Shown in pieces: positions 51,554 to 64,000 of a stretch of 64,000 nt of DNA (its first letter is position 1; the number at the start of each line of letters is the position of its first letter). The stretch is from an uncultured Holophagales bacterium (GTDB taxonomy: Bacteria > Acidobacteriota > Thermoanaerobaculia > Multivoradales > UBA5704), in the NCBI GenBank assembly GCA_963842525.1, contig CAWJGT010000025.1, positions 192,001 through 256,000 of the forward strand, written 5' to 3'. The translations under genes were made by a program, and so were the position numbers. The notes beneath the pieces are model-generated. The model ran no database searches and was not told the DNA's origin. It worked only from the letters and a program-made list of their open reading frames with translations.

Positions 51554-53048
51554 GCTGGTCCGCGCCTTCGGCGGCGAGCTCCACCCCGCGGGCGTCCTCC
51601 GGGGCGATCCCGAGGTGACCGGCGTGGCGCACGACTCGCGCGTGGTCGAGCCGGGCGACCTCTTCTTCGCCCTGGTCGGCCAGCGGTTCGACGGCCGGGC
51701 CTTTGCCGGCGCGGCGGTCGAAAAGGGCGCGGTCGCGGTGGCCGGGCCCCTGCCGGCGGAGGGGCCGGCGGCCGGTCCCGGCGTGTCGTGGTGGAACGTC
51801 CCTGAGCCGCGGGACCTCCTCGGTCCGGTCGCGGCCGAAGTCTACGGCCATCCGGACCGCGAGCTGGTGCTGGTCGGCGTGACCGGGACGAACGGCAAGT
51901 CCACCGTGGCGACGCTGATCGCCGCGATGCTGGATGCGGCCGGGTTGCCGGCCGGCTTCCTGGGGACCCTCGGCTACCGCTTCGGCGAGCGCCGCTTCCC
52001 GGGCGGCCATACGACGCCCGAGGCGTCCGACCTGTTCCGCACCCTGCGGCGGATGCGCGAGGCCGGTGCGCGGGCCGTGGCCATGGAGGTCTCGTCCCAC
52101 GCCCTGGACATGGGCCGGGTCGGCGGAGCGGCGTTCGATGCCGCGGTGTTCACGAACCTGAGCCGGGACCACCTGGACTACCACCCGGACATGGAGAGCT
52201 ACTTCGCGGCCAAGCGCCGCCTCTTCGACCAGAGGAAGCCCGGCGGGCGCGCCGTGGTCAACGTCGAGGACCCGTACGGCCGGCGGCTCGCCGCGGAGCT
52301 CCCGGACGCGCTCACCTTCGGCGCCGGCGGCGCCGTGGAGGCCGTCGAGGTGACGCTCGATGCCCAAGGCATCCGCGGCGTGCTGCGGACCCCGCGCGGC
52401 GTGACTCCGTTTACGACGCCGCTCCTCGGCCGCTACAACCTGTCGAACCTGCTGGCGGCAGTCGCCGTAGCCGAAGCGCTGGAGCTGCCGCACGACGCGA
52501 TCGTATCGGCGCTCGCTACCCAGCAGCCGGTCCCCGGGCGGCTGGAGCCGGTCGACCACGGCCAGCCGTTCCCGGTCTTCGTCGACTATGCCCACACCGA
52601 CGCGGCCCTCGAAGCCGCCCTGCGCTCGGTGCGCGAGATGGCCGGCATCGAAAAAGTGGCGGTGGTCTTCGGCTGCGGCGGCGACCGCGACGCAGGCAAG
52701 CGCCCGCTCATGGGACGGGTGGCCGGCGAGCTGGCGGATTTTCCAGTCATTACGTCGGACAACCCGCGGAGCGAGGACCCGCTGACGATCCTCGCCGCGG
52801 TCGAGGAGGGGGTCCGGGCGAGCGGCAACCGGTCGTACCGGGTGGTGCCCGACCGCCGCGAGGCGATCCGCGCAGCGCTTTCTGCGGTCACTGCAGCGGC
52901 TGCAGGCGGATCGGGCTGGGCTGTCCTGGTGGCCGGCAAGGGGCACGAGCGCGAGCAGATCGTCGGCGACCGCCGGCTTCCCTTCTCCGACTTCGACGAG
53001 ATCGAAAAAGCCCTGGAGGAGAGCTTTGGCTCGCCTGTCCGTCGCTGA
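51540..53048 (+). CDS. murE: UDP-MurNAc-tripeptide synthetase MurE (meso-DAP type)
   Basis: GVTGTNGKST, MEVSSH, TNLSRDHLDYH, VDYAHT, DNPR, AGKGHE. Confidence 0.95.
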   Translation: MRLSELVRAFGGELHPAGVLRGDPEVTGVAHDSRVVEPGDLFFALVGQRFDGRAFAGAAVEKGAVAVAGPLPAEGPAAGPGVSWWNVPEPRDLLGPVAAEVYGHPDRELVLVGVTGTNGKSTVATLIAAMLDAAGLPAGFLGTLGYRFGERRFPGGHTTPEASDLFRTLRRMREAGARAVAMEVSSHALDMGRVGGAAFDAAVFTNLSRDHLDYHPDMESYFAAKRRLFDQRKPGGRAVVNVEDPYGRRLAAELPDALTFGAGGAVEAVEVTLDAQGIRGVLRTPRGVTPFTTPLLGRYNLSNLLAAVAVAEALELPHDAIVSALATQQPVPGRLEPVDHGQPFPVFVDYAHTDAALEAALRSVREMAGIEKVAVVFGCGGDRDAGKRPLMGRVAGELADFPVITSDNPRSEDPLTILAAVEEGVRASGNRSYRVVPDRREAIRAALSAVTAAAAGGSGWAVLVAGKGHEREQIVGDRRLPFSDFDEIEKALEESFGSPVRR

Positions 53049-54462
53049 GGCCGCCCGCGCGGTGAACGGCCGGATCGTCTCGGGCGATCCCGGGACGGGC
53101 TGCGCCGGCGCCGCCTTCGACTCGCGGGCCGTCCGAGGCGGAGAAATCTTCTTCGCCTTTGCCGGCGAGCGCACGGACGGTCACCGCTTCGTAGGTGACG
53201 CCCTGGCCCGCGGCGCGGGAGCCGCCGTGGTGAACCGCGGGCACGAGCTGTCGGGGGCTCCGGAAAGCGGTGCGGTGATCGAGGTCGAGGACACCTTCCG
53301 CGCCCTGCACGACCTGGCGCGCGCGGTGCGGCAGCGGGTGCCCCGGAAGCTCGTGGGCATCACCGGCTCGGCCGGCAAGACGACGACCAAGGAGCTGCTC
53401 GCCGCCATGCTCGCGGCCCGCTTCCGCGTCCACTGGAGCCCGGGCAATCTGAACAACCTCTACGGGTTCCCGCTGTCGCTCCTCAATGCACCGGACGACA
53501 CCGAATGGATGGTCGCCGAGATGGGGATGTCGACCCCGGGCGAGCTGCGCCAGCTCAGCCTGTTGGGCCGGCCGGATGCCGCCGTCTTCACCGTGGTGCG
53601 GCCGGTCCACCTGGAGTTCTTCGACAGCGTGCAGGCCATCGCCGAGGCCAAGGCCGAGCTGCTCGCCGGCCTCGCGCCGGACGGCATCCTGGTGGCCAAT
53701 GCCGACGACCCCGAGGTGGTGCGGATCGCCCGCCGGCACGCGGAGAGCGCGGACTGGCGCGGCCGGGTGGCCTGGTACGGCGTCCAGTCGGAAGAGGCCG
53801 AGGTGCGGGCACGTGAGATCGCCCCGGAGCCGGAGGGAGGGATCGGCACCCGTTTCACCCTGATCGCAAACGGCGAGAGCGCGGAAGTGCGGCTCCCCCT
53901 GCACGGCCTCTACAACGTCGAGAACTGCCTCGCCGCCGCGGCCTGCGCTCTCGCCATCGGTCTCTCCTTGGATGAAATCGCCGAGGCTGTGCGCGGGGTC
54001 CAGCCGTCCGCGATGCGCGGCGTGGTCCGCAACGTCGAAGACCGCCACGGGCGCTGGACGCTGGTGGACGACTCCTACAACTCCAATCCCGACGCCGTGG
54101 AGCGGGCGTTGGAGTCGGCCCGGCTCCTGCCCGCTTCCCGCTACGTCGCGGTGCTCGGCGACATGCTGGAGCTGGGGCCGGCGGGGCCACGCTTCCACCG
54201 CGAGAGCGGCGAGCGGGCGGCGCGCCTCGGCTTTTCTCCGGTCGCCGGGGTCGGCGAGCTGGCCCGCGAGCTGGTGGCCGGCGCCGAGGAAGCTGGAGCC
54301 GCGGCCGTTTGGCTGCCCGATGCCGCGGCGGCGGCCGACTGGGCGTCCTCGGAGGTGCGCGCGGGCGACCTCGTCCTGGTCAAGGGCTCGCGCGGCGTCA
54401 AGCTGGACACGGTCGTCCGGCATCTCCTGACCCGAGAGGCCACTGAGGAGGTCCACGCCTGA
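53026..54462 (+). CDS. murF: UDP-MurNAc-pentapeptide synthetase MurF
   Basis: GITGSAGKTTTKE, DDSYNSNP, LGDMLELG, VKGSRG. Confidence 0.95.
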   Translation: MARLSVAEAARAVNGRIVSGDPGTGCAGAAFDSRAVRGGEIFFAFAGERTDGHRFVGDALARGAGAAVVNRGHELSGAPESGAVIEVEDTFRALHDLARAVRQRVPRKLVGITGSAGKTTTKELLAAMLAARFRVHWSPGNLNNLYGFPLSLLNAPDDTEWMVAEMGMSTPGELRQLSLLGRPDAAVFTVVRPVHLEFFDSVQAIAEAKAELLAGLAPDGILVANADDPEVVRIARRHAESADWRGRVAWYGVQSEEAEVRAREIAPEPEGGIGTRFTLIANGESAEVRLPLHGLYNVENCLAAAACALAIGLSLDEIAEAVRGVQPSAMRGVVRNVEDRHGRWTLVDDSYNSNPDAVERALESARLLPASRYVAVLGDMLELGPAGPRFHRESGERAARLGFSPVAGVGELARELVAGAEEAGAAAVWLPDAAAAADWASSEVRAGDLVLVKGSRGVKLDTVVRHLLTREATEEVHA

Positions 54463-55550
54463 TGCTCTTCCACCTCCTCTATCCGCTGCGGGACGTCATC
54501 CCGGCCTTCAACGTCTTCCGCTACATCACCTTCCGGGTGGCGGCGGCGATCGTTACGGCCCTCCTGCTCTCCTGGCTGCTCGGCCCGTGGTTCATCCGCA
54601 CCCTGCGCCGGCTGTCGGTGGGGCAGAACATCCGCGAGCTCGGCCCGCAGACGCACCAGGTCAAGTCCGGGACCCCGACCATGGGTGGGCTGCTGATCCT
54701 GTTCGCGACCCTGGTGCCGACCCTGCTCTGGGGGGACCTGCGGAGCGTCTACGTCTGGATCGTCGTTCTGGTGACCGCGGCCTACGGCGTCATCGGGTTC
54801 CTCGACGACTATCTGAAGATCCGGCGCGGGCGCAACCTGGGCCTCACGGCCCGGGACAAGGCGGCGCTCCAGGTCATCGCCGGGGTCGGCATGGCCGTGG
54901 CGCTCCTCTACCTGCCGGTCGGTTACGGGTTCAACCCGACGCTGACGTTCCCGTTCTTCAAGCAGCTCGTGCTGAACCTCGGCTATCTCTACATCCCGTT
55001 CGTGGTCCTCGTGCTGGTCGGGGTGTCGAACGCGCGTCAACCTGACCGATGGCCTCGACGGCCTGGCGATCGGCGCCACGACGGTGGCGGCGGCGACCTA
55101 CGCGGTCTTTACGTACGTGGCGGGCAACCGGGTGATCTCGGGCTATCTGCAGCTCTCCTATGTGCCGGGGGTCGGCGAGGTCGCGGTCTTCTGCGGCGCG
55201 CTGGTCGGCGCCGGCCTGGGCTTCCTCTGGTACAACGCCCATCCCGCCGAGGTGTTCATGGGCGACGTCGGGTCGCTGGCGCTGGGCGCCGCGATCGGCA
55301 GCGTGGCGGTGATCGCCAAGCAGGAGATCCTGCTCGTCCTCGTGGGCGGGCTGTTCGTGCATGGAGGCGCTGTCGGTCATGATCCAGGTCGCCTCCTTCA
55401 AGCTCACCGGCCGGCGGGTGTTCCGCATGGCCCCGCTCCACCACCACTTCGAGCTGTCCGGGCTGGGCGGAACCCAAGGTCATCGTGCGCTTCTGGATCC
55501 TGTCGATCCTGTTCGCGCTCCTTTCCCTCTCGACCTTGAAGCTGCGATGA
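54462..55550 (+). CDS. mraY: Phospho-MurNAc-pentapeptide transferase MraY (frameshifts near 55035, 55360, 55460)
   Basis: [45 protein letters not shown] across frames. Confidence 0.9.
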
Positions 55551-56956
55551 AAACGTCCTGGGGCAGCGGCCGCCTGGAGCGGGTCCTGGTGTACGGGCTG
55601 GGGTTGTCCGGCCGCGCGGCGGCGCGCCTGCTGCTCGCGCGCGACACTTCTGTCGTCGCCGTCGACGCCCGGCCGGAGGAGAAGCTCGATCTGTCCGGCC
55701 TGTCATCGACCGGCCGCGCGCAATTCGAGGTCCTCGCCGGCGCCGAGCCGCTGGAGCTGCCGGCCGGCGGCTTCGACGCCGTGGTCGTCTCTCCCGGCGT
55801 GCCCATGGACCGCCCGCTCCTCGCCGAGGCCCGGAGCCGCGGCATCCCGGTGATCGCCGAGGTGGAGCTGGCGGCGCCGCTCCTCAACGGTCCGATCGTG
55901 GCGATCACCGGCAGCAACGGCAAGAGCACCACGACGGCGCTGACCGGCGCCATGCTGCGCGCCGCCGGCTTCCCGACGGTGGTCTGCGGCAACATCGGCG
56001 AGCCGCTGGCCGGCCTGGTGGACGGTCCGCCCGGACGGGTCTTCGTCGTCGAGCTGTCGAGCTTCCAGATCGAAGGGATCGTCACCCTCAAGCCGCGGGT
56101 CGCGGCGCTGCTCAATCTCTGCGGAGGACCATCTGGACCGCTACGGCAGCATGGAGGAGTACGGCGCGGCCAAGAAGCGGCTCTTCCACACCATGGACTC
56201 CGAGGGGGTCGCGGTGATCAACGCCGACGACCCCGAGGTCGCGCAGGTCGAGACCCTCGCCCGGCGTGCGCTGCTTCTCGCGCCGCGGCCCGGTCCAGGA
56301 CGGCTGCTTCGCCGCCGCCGGCGGGCGGGTGATCGAGGTCGACCCCGGGCGAGACCGACGTCGAGCTGTTCCGCGCCGAAGACGTGCCGCTCGCCGGCGT
56401 GCAGAACCTGGAGAACGCCATGGCCGCGGCCCTGCTGGCGCGGGCCATCGGCGCCGAGCCGGCGGAGATCCGCGCCGGGCTGACCGGCTTCCGCGGGCTG
56501 CCGCACCGCATGGAGCGGGTGGGCGAGAGCGGCGGCGTCACCTGGTACGACGACTCCAAGGGGACCAACCCCGCGGCCACCGCCAAGTCGCTCGAAGGGT
56601 TCGCCGACGGCACCGTCCACCTGATCCTCGGCGGGCGCAACAAGGGGGCCGACCTCACGACGCTCAAGCCGATCGTGGGGCAGAAGGCGCGCCGCGTCTA
56701 CCTGATCGGCGAATCGGCGGCGGACTTCGAACAGGCGCTCGGAGGTGCCGTGGCCTTCGAGCACGCGGGAACGCTGGACCGCGCCGTGCGCTCGGCCGCC
56801 GCGCAGGCGCAGAGCGGCGAGGCGGTGGTGCTGTCGCCGGCCTGCGCGAGCTTCGACCAGTTCCGCAACTTCGTCCACCGCGGCGAAGTCTTTCAGGCCC
56901 TGGTCCGCGACGTCGTCCTGAAGGGAGGGCCGCATGGCGAAGAAGCTCGCGGTTGA
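55547..56956 (+). CDS. murD: UDP-MurNAc-L-Ala:D-Glu ligase MurD (frameshifts near 56120, 56265, 56350)
   Basis: [52 protein letters not shown]. Confidence 0.9.
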
Positions 56957-58035
56957 CAAGGTGCTCTTCACCACCGTGGTCCTGCTCCTGAGCTTCGGGC
57001 TGGTGATGGTCTATTCGGCCAGCGCCGCCCTGGCGCGCGACAGCACGCAGCAGGGAGTGATGGGGATGATCAATCCCTTCCTCTTGAAGCAGGCGATGGC
57101 GGCCGGCCTGGGGCTCATCCTGATGGTCCTGCTGATGCAGATCGACTACCGGCGGCTGCGCGAGCCGGCGGTGGTCTACACGCTGCTCTTCGGCGCCGTG
57201 GCCCTGCTCGTCGGCGTGCTCTTCGCGCCGGAGCTCAACTCCACGCGCCGCTGGTTCTTCGTGGCCGGCGTCTCGGTGCAGCCGTCCGAGCTGGCAAAGC
57301 TGGCGCTGATCCCGTTCCTGGCCTATCTGATCGAGAAGCGGGAGCAGGAGGTCAACCGCGCCTCGTTCCTCTTCCCGGCCGCGCTGTTCACCGGCCTGCT
57401 GGCCGGCCTGATCCTGCTCGAGCCGGACATGGGGACCGCCGTGCTGCTCGGCGCTCACGGCGTTTCTGATGCTCTTCCTGGCCGGACTGTCCTGGCGCTT
57501 CATCGCGGGCTCGCTCGCCCTGGTGCCGCCGCTCATCGCGGCGCTCGTCTGGATGGAGCCCTACCGGCGGGAGCGGCTCTTCGCCTTCCTCGACCCGGAA
57601 AAGGACCCGCTGGGGAGCGGTTTCCAGGCGCTCCAGTCGCTGATCGCGGTGGGCTCGGGCGGGGTGTTCGGCCTGGGGACGGGCGAGAGCGTGCAGCGGC
57701 TCTATTTCCTGCCGCACCCGGAATCGGACTTCATCTTTTCCATCGTGGCCGAGGAGCTGGGCATGCTGGGCGCGCTGGCGGTGGTCGCCGCCTTCGCGGT
57801 CCTCGCCTGGCGTGGCATCCGGGCGGGCCTGCGGGCTCCGGACGTGTTCGGGCGCTATCTCGGCTGGGGGCTGACCGGCATCCTGGTGATCCAGGCGCTG
57901 CTCAACATCAGCGTGACCCTGGCGCTCCTCCCCACCAAGGGGATCCCGTTGCCGTTCATCTCCTATGGCGGCTCGTCGCTGGTGGTGACCCTGTGTGCCT
58001 GCGGCGTGCTGCTCAACGTCTCGCAACACGGATGA
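56934..58035 (+). CDS. ftsW: SEDS protein FtsW (frameshift near 57455)
   Basis: GLVMVYSAS, QPSELAK, EPDMGT, GSGGVFGLG, SDFIFSIVAEELG, PTKGIPLPFISYGGSS. Confidence 0.92.
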
Positions 58036-58054
58036 GGGACGACGGATCGGTGCG

Positions 58055-59170
58055 ATGGCTCAAACCACTCAGACCACTCAGACGACGGATTCCCTGCACG
58101 TGCTCCTCGCCGGCGGCGGCTCCGGCGGGCACGTCTTTCCGGCGCTCGCGGTCGCCGAGGAGCTGCTCGGCCCGGGGGTGGCGCGTGAGCTTCGCCGGCT
58201 CCGAGGCCGGGATGGAGGCGCGCCTCGTGCCGGCGCGGGGGATCCCGTTCCACGTCCTGCCGGCCCGGCCGCTCGTCGGCCGCGGCCTGCTGGCCAGGAC
58301 GCAGGCCCTGCGCGTGCTGGCCGGCTCGGCGCGGCAGGCCGCCCGGCTGATCCGCGGGATCGGCGCGCACGTCGTCCTGGGCACCGGCGGCTACGTCTCG
58401 GCGCCGGCCGTCGCCGGGGCGCGGCTGGCCCGGAGGCCTGTCCTGCTCCTCGAGCCGAACGCCCGTGCCGGCGTCGCCAACCGCTGGCTCTCGCCCTGGG
58501 CCGCCGCCGCGGCCGTGGGCTACCACGAGACGGCGCACGACCTGAAGTGCCCCTGCTATGTGACCGGCATCCCGGTGCGGTCGGCCTTCTTTGCCGTGCC
58601 CGAAGCGCTGCCCCCAGCGGAGAATCCCAGCCTGCTGGTCCTCGGCGGCAGCCAGGGAGCGCAGCAGATCAACCAGGCGATGCCGGCGGCGGCGGCGCGG
58701 CTCCTGGAGAAGCTGCCCGCGCTGCGCATCCTCCACCAGGCCGGCGCGAAGAACGTCGACGAGGCCCGGGAGGCTTACGCCAAAGCGGGGCTGGGCGAGC
58801 CGCAGGTGACGGTCGTCCCCTTCCTCGACGACGTGGCCGGCGCCATGGCCGGGAGCCACCTCCTGGTGTCGCGCGCCGGGGCCATCACCCTGGCCGAGAT
58901 CTGCGCCGCCGGCCGGGCGTCTCTTCTCATTCCGCTGGCGATCGCGCAAGGCCACCAGGTGGACAACGCCCGCCTGCTCGCCGGCGCCGGAGCCGCGGAG
59001 ATGATCCCGTCGTCCGAGCTCACGCCCGAGCGGCTGGCCGACGTGCTGGCTGGCCTGCTCTCCGACGTGCCGCGCCTCGCGCGGATGGGCCGCCAGGCGC
59101 GGAGCCTGGCCCGCCCTCGCGCCGTGGCAACCATCGCGGACCACCTCGAAGAGCTGGGAGGGGTCCGCTG

Positions 59171-59171
<1 letters not shown>
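58055..59171 (+). CDS. murG: Undecaprenyl-PP-MurNAc-pentapeptide GlcNAc transferase MurG (frameshift near 58170)
   Basis: GGGSGGHVFPA, GGYVS, GGSQGA, SRAGAITLAE, HQVDNA. Confidence 0.92.
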
Positions 59172-60579
<1,408 letters not shown>

Positions 60580-60583
<4 letters not shown>

Positions 60584-61521
60584 GCACCGAGGTGTTCCTC
60601 CGCCGCCCGGGCCCGAGCCCCCACCCCAGGGTCGTCATGGACGTGCCTCTTCCCCCCTCTCCCGGGGGCCAGGGAGTGAGGATGGGAGAGGGGGGCCAGG
60701 GGGGTGAGGGGTTCCTGCGGCCTGGCGCGCAGCCCAAGCGCAAGCGCCGGCATCCGCTGCTCGGGCTGGTCCGGCCGCTCGCCACGGCCCTGGCCCTGGT
60801 GGCGCTGCCGCTGAGCGTGGCCGCCTTCGTGCTGACGGCCCCGCCGTTCCAGCTCCGGGAGATCGAGCTGGAGGGTGCCGATGCGCGGGTGCCGGAGGCC
60901 TGGGCCCGCGAGGCCCTGGCGCCTCTCCACGGCGAGAACCTGGTGCGGCTGCCGCTGTCGAGCGTGGCGGCCCGGCTCCGGAAGAACCCCTGGATCGACA
61001 CGGTCGAGGTCCAGAAGGAGCTGCCCGGCCGGCTGCGCGTCGCGATGACGGAGCGCAAGCCGGTGGCCCTGCTGCGCACCGGCGGCGGGCTGGTCTATGC
61101 CGATTCCGCGGGCCGGCCCATCGTGCCGGTGTCGCTGGAGGAGGCCCGCCGGTCGGGCCTCCGTCTGGAGGTCCGCTTCGCCAACCCGATCGCCGGCGGA
61201 CCGGCGGCCGGCATGGACGCGGCCCTCGAAGTTGCGGGCGAGCTCGGCCGTGTCCAGCCCGACTGGGCAGCCGGCCTGACCCGCATCGAAGTGCTCGGGG
61301 AAGAGGACTTCGTCCTCCACACCGAGGCGTTGCGTTTTCCGCTGTTCGTCACCCGGGGGCAAGTTGGTCCTAAAGCCCGCCGTCTGGAGGAGATCCTCCC
61401 GGAGCTCGAGCGCCGGTATCCGGCCATCGAGCGGGTCGACCTGCGGTTTTCGCGTCGGATTGTCGTGCAACCCGCGGTCCCGGGCCGGAGAGAGACCGGG
61501 CCGCAAAATTCGATTTCGTGA
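60580..61521 (+). CDS. ftsQ: Cell division protein FtsQ/DivIB; REP-derived segment in the cytoplasmic N-terminus
   Basis: TM helix, POTRA (NPWIDTVEVQKELPGRLRVAMTERKPVA), C-terminal VDLRF; ATGA overlap with murC. Confidence 0.85.
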
Positions 61522-61532
61522 GGTGTCCAGGC

Positions 61533-62771
61533 ATGGCCAAACCAGAACCTTACTTCGTGGGTATCGACATCGGGTCTTCCAAGGTAGGGGTGCTCATCGG
61601 CCAACGCGACGACAAGGGAAACATGGAGGTCGTCGGCAAGGGCCTGGCACCCAACCGGGGGACCCGCAAGGGGAACATCGTCAACGTCGAGGCCACCGTG
61701 GAGGCCTTGAAGGCGGCGAGCGAGGAGGCCGAGGTGATGGCCGGCGTCGAGATCTCCCGCGCCTATGTCGGCGTCGCGGGGGCCGACATCCGGAGCGTCA
61801 ACTCGCGCGGCATGGTCTCCGTCTCACGCAAAGACCGCGAGATCTCCCGCCAGGACATCCAGCGGGTGCTCGACGCGGCCAAGTCGGCGGCCCTGCCGTC
61901 CGACCGCGAAATCCTCCACGCCGTGCCCCAGGAGTTCCTCGTCGACGAGCAGGGGGGGATCGACGAGCCCCTCGGCATGCTCGGCACGCGCCTGGAGGTC
62001 ATGGTCCACCTCGTGACCGGCAACGTCACCCGGTCGCGGACCCTCCTGACCTGCGTCAACCGGGCCGGCATCGAAGTCGTCGAAATGGTCTTCGAGCCGC
62101 TCGCCACGGCCGAGGCCGTGCTCACCGCGGACGAGCGCGAGCTCGGCGCCCTGCTGGTCGACATCGGCGCCGGCACCACCGAATACGCCCTCTTCTCGGA
62201 GGGGGAGATCCAGTACAGCGGCGTGGCGCCGATCGGCGCCGGCCACTTCACCAACGACCTGGCCATGGTGCTGCGCACGCCGTTCGCCGAGGCCGAGCGC
62301 ATCAAGACCAAGCAGGGGTGCTGCCTGCCGAGCATGGTCACCGACGACGAAGGGATCGCGGTGCCCACCGTGGCCGGCGGCACGTCGCGCATCGTCCCCA
62401 AGAAGGAGCTGTGCGAGATCCTGCAGCCGCGCGCCGAGGAGCTGTTCAACCTCCTGCGCGAGGACTTCCTCAAGCACGCGCCCGACGAGGACCTGCGCGG
62501 CGGCGTCATCCTCACCGGCGGCGGCGCGCAGCTCGACGGCCTGCTCGAGCTCGCCGAGCAGATCTTCGACGCCGGCGTGCGCTACGGCCTGCCGCGCGGC
62601 CTGGGCGGGCTGGTCGACGTGATCAGCAGCCCCTCGTGGTCGACGGCGTCGGGCCTCCTCCTCTACGCGCTCGGCGCCGAGGAGAGCCAGGCCAAGGTAC
62701 AAAAGAAAACCGGCTTCAGCATGCGGGGTGTCATGGGCAGCCTGCGGGGGATGTTCTCCGACCTGCTGTGA
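61533..62771 (+). CDS. ftsA: Cell division protein FtsA
   Basis: GIDIGSSKV, LVDIGAGTT, EAERIK, ILTGGGAQL. Confidence 0.95.
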   Translation: MAKPEPYFVGIDIGSSKVGVLIGQRDDKGNMEVVGKGLAPNRGTRKGNIVNVEATVEALKAASEEAEVMAGVEISRAYVGVAGADIRSVNSRGMVSVSRKDREISRQDIQRVLDAAKSAALPSDREILHAVPQEFLVDEQGGIDEPLGMLGTRLEVMVHLVTGNVTRSRTLLTCVNRAGIEVVEMVFEPLATAEAVLTADERELGALLVDIGAGTTEYALFSEGEIQYSGVAPIGAGHFTNDLAMVLRTPFAEAERIKTKQGCCLPSMVTDDEGIAVPTVAGGTSRIVPKKELCEILQPRAEELFNLLREDFLKHAPDEDLRGGVILTGGGAQLDGLLELAEQIFDAGVRYGLPRGLGGLVDVISSPSWSTASGLLLYALGAEESQAKVQKKTGFSMRGVMGSLRGMFSDLL

Positions 62772-62819
62772 GACGGGAGATCCACTTCAACCCGATTTGA
62801 CCCGAAAGGGGGGTGCAAC

Positions 62820-64000
62820 ATGATTCTGTTCGACGACCAGGACGCTCCGGACACCGCGAAGGCGGCGGCCCTGCGCGTCCACGAGGCGGTGGATTCAGCC
62901 GCCCGCATCAAGGTCATCGGCGTCGGGGGAGGTGGCGGCAACGCGGTGAACCGCATGATTGATGCCCAATTAAGGGGAATCGAGTTCATCGCCGCCAACA
63001 CCGACCTGCAGGCGCTCAACAAGTGCCGCGCGCCATTGAAGCTCCAGCTCGGTTCCATCCTCACCAAGGGCCTCGGCGCGGGAGCGGACCCGGAGGTCGG
63101 CCGCAAGGCGGCGCTCGAAGACACCGAGCGGATCCTCGAAGTCCTCGAGGGTGCCGACATGGTCTTCCTCACCGCGGGCCTCGGTGGCGGCACCGGCGGC
63201 GGAGCCGTCCCGATCATCGCCTCCCTGGCTGCTGAAGTAGGCGCCTTGACGGTCGCCGTCGTGACCAAGCCGTTCGGTTTCGAAGGCCGCCGCCGCATGC
63301 AGCAGGCCGAGCGCGGCGTCGAAGAGCTGCGCAATTCGGTCGACACCCTGATCACCATCCCCAACGAGCGCCTGCTCAACTTCGTCGAAAGGGGCACGCC
63401 GCTCTCCGAGGCCTTCCGCATCGCCGACGACGTGCTGCGCCAGGCCGTGCAGGGCATCAGCGACCTGATCACCATCCCGGGTGAGGTCAACGTCGACTTC
63501 GCCGACGTGCGGACCATCATGACCGGCATGGGCATGGCGCTGATGGGCACCGGCCTCGCAAAAGGCGAGCACCGGGCCATCGAGGCGGCGCAGCGGGCCA
63601 TCTCCTCGCCGCTCCTGGAGGAGACCTCGATCCAGGGCGCCCGCGGCGTGCTGATCAACATCTCGGGCGGTCACGACCTGACGCTCCACGAGGTCGCCGA
63701 GGCGGCCCGCATCATCGCCGACGCGGTCGATCCGGACGCCAACATCATCTCGGGCATGGTCATCGAGCCGCAGCTCGAAGATGCGATGAAGGTGACCGTC
63801 ATCGCGACCGGCTTCGACCGCTCCTCGGACGGCGTGCGGCCGTTGGCGCCGATGGTGAGCGTCCCGCGTCCGGTCGCCGTGCCGCAGACCTACAACTCCC
63901 CGTCATCGGTACCCTCGCCGGCTCCGGAACGGGAAGAGCCCGAGCGCTCTGCCGCCGACGTGCCGTTCTACCGCAAGGCCATCGCGCACCTGCGGGGTGA
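62820..64000 (+). CDS. ftsZ: Cell division protein FtsZ (3' end beyond window)
   Basis: [40 protein letters not shown] read from the sequence; ATG at 62820. Confidence 0.95.
   Translation, partial: MILFDDQDAPDTAKAAALRVHEAVDSAARIKVIGVGGGGGNAVNRMIDAQLRGIEFIAANTDLQALNKCRAPLKLQLGSILTKGLGAGADPEVGRKAALEDTERILEVLEGADMVFLTAGLGGGTGGGAVPIIASLAAEVGALTVAVVTKPFGFEGRRRMQQAERGVEELRNSVDTLITIPNERLLNFVERGTPLSEAFRIADDVLRQAVQGISDLITIPGEVNVDFADVRTIMTGMGMALMGTGLAKGEHRAIEAAQRAISSPLLEETSIQGARGVLINISGGHDLTLHEVAEAARIIADAVDPDANIISGMVIEPQLEDAMKVTVIATGFDRSSDGVRPLAPMVSVPRPVAVPQTYNSPSSVPSPAPEREEPERSAADVPFYRKAIAHLRG

Overview
GC-rich bacterial window. Gene content and the palindromic-repeat style suggest Acidobacteriota (Thermoanaerobaculia-like); this is inference only. 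(1) 1-10 kb looks like the edge of an accessory island: a radical SAM/FGE-domain operon interrupted at its 5' end by an IS1182-family element, a ~3.7 kb non-coding mosaic with six 68-bp hairpin units, and an excisionase-HTH + PD-(D/E)XK gene between ~450-490 bp direct repeats. (2) 10-43.7 kb is mostly core genes (FKBP PPIase, TMTC-like GT-C/TPR protein, glycogen debranching enzyme, parC/parE, hemW, hflX with a probable ATT start, lepA, mfd, SurA-like PPIases), with a DUF433/PIN TA pair, a repeat-flanked Fic gene and an atypical transcarbamylase interspersed. (3) 43.7-47.1 kb is an integrase-less integron-like cassette array: promoter, attI-like site, one complete attC, a low-GC nuclease cassette, a VOC cassette and an AbrB/Doc TA pair. 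An orphan lanthipeptide-like precursor follows it. (4) 47.8-64 kb is the dcw cluster (mraZ to ftsZ, ftsZ truncated). One palindromic REP-like family is read in frame inside several proteins, including FtsI and FtsQ. About 20 single-base frameshifts, many in essential genes, are most likely long-read sequencing errors.
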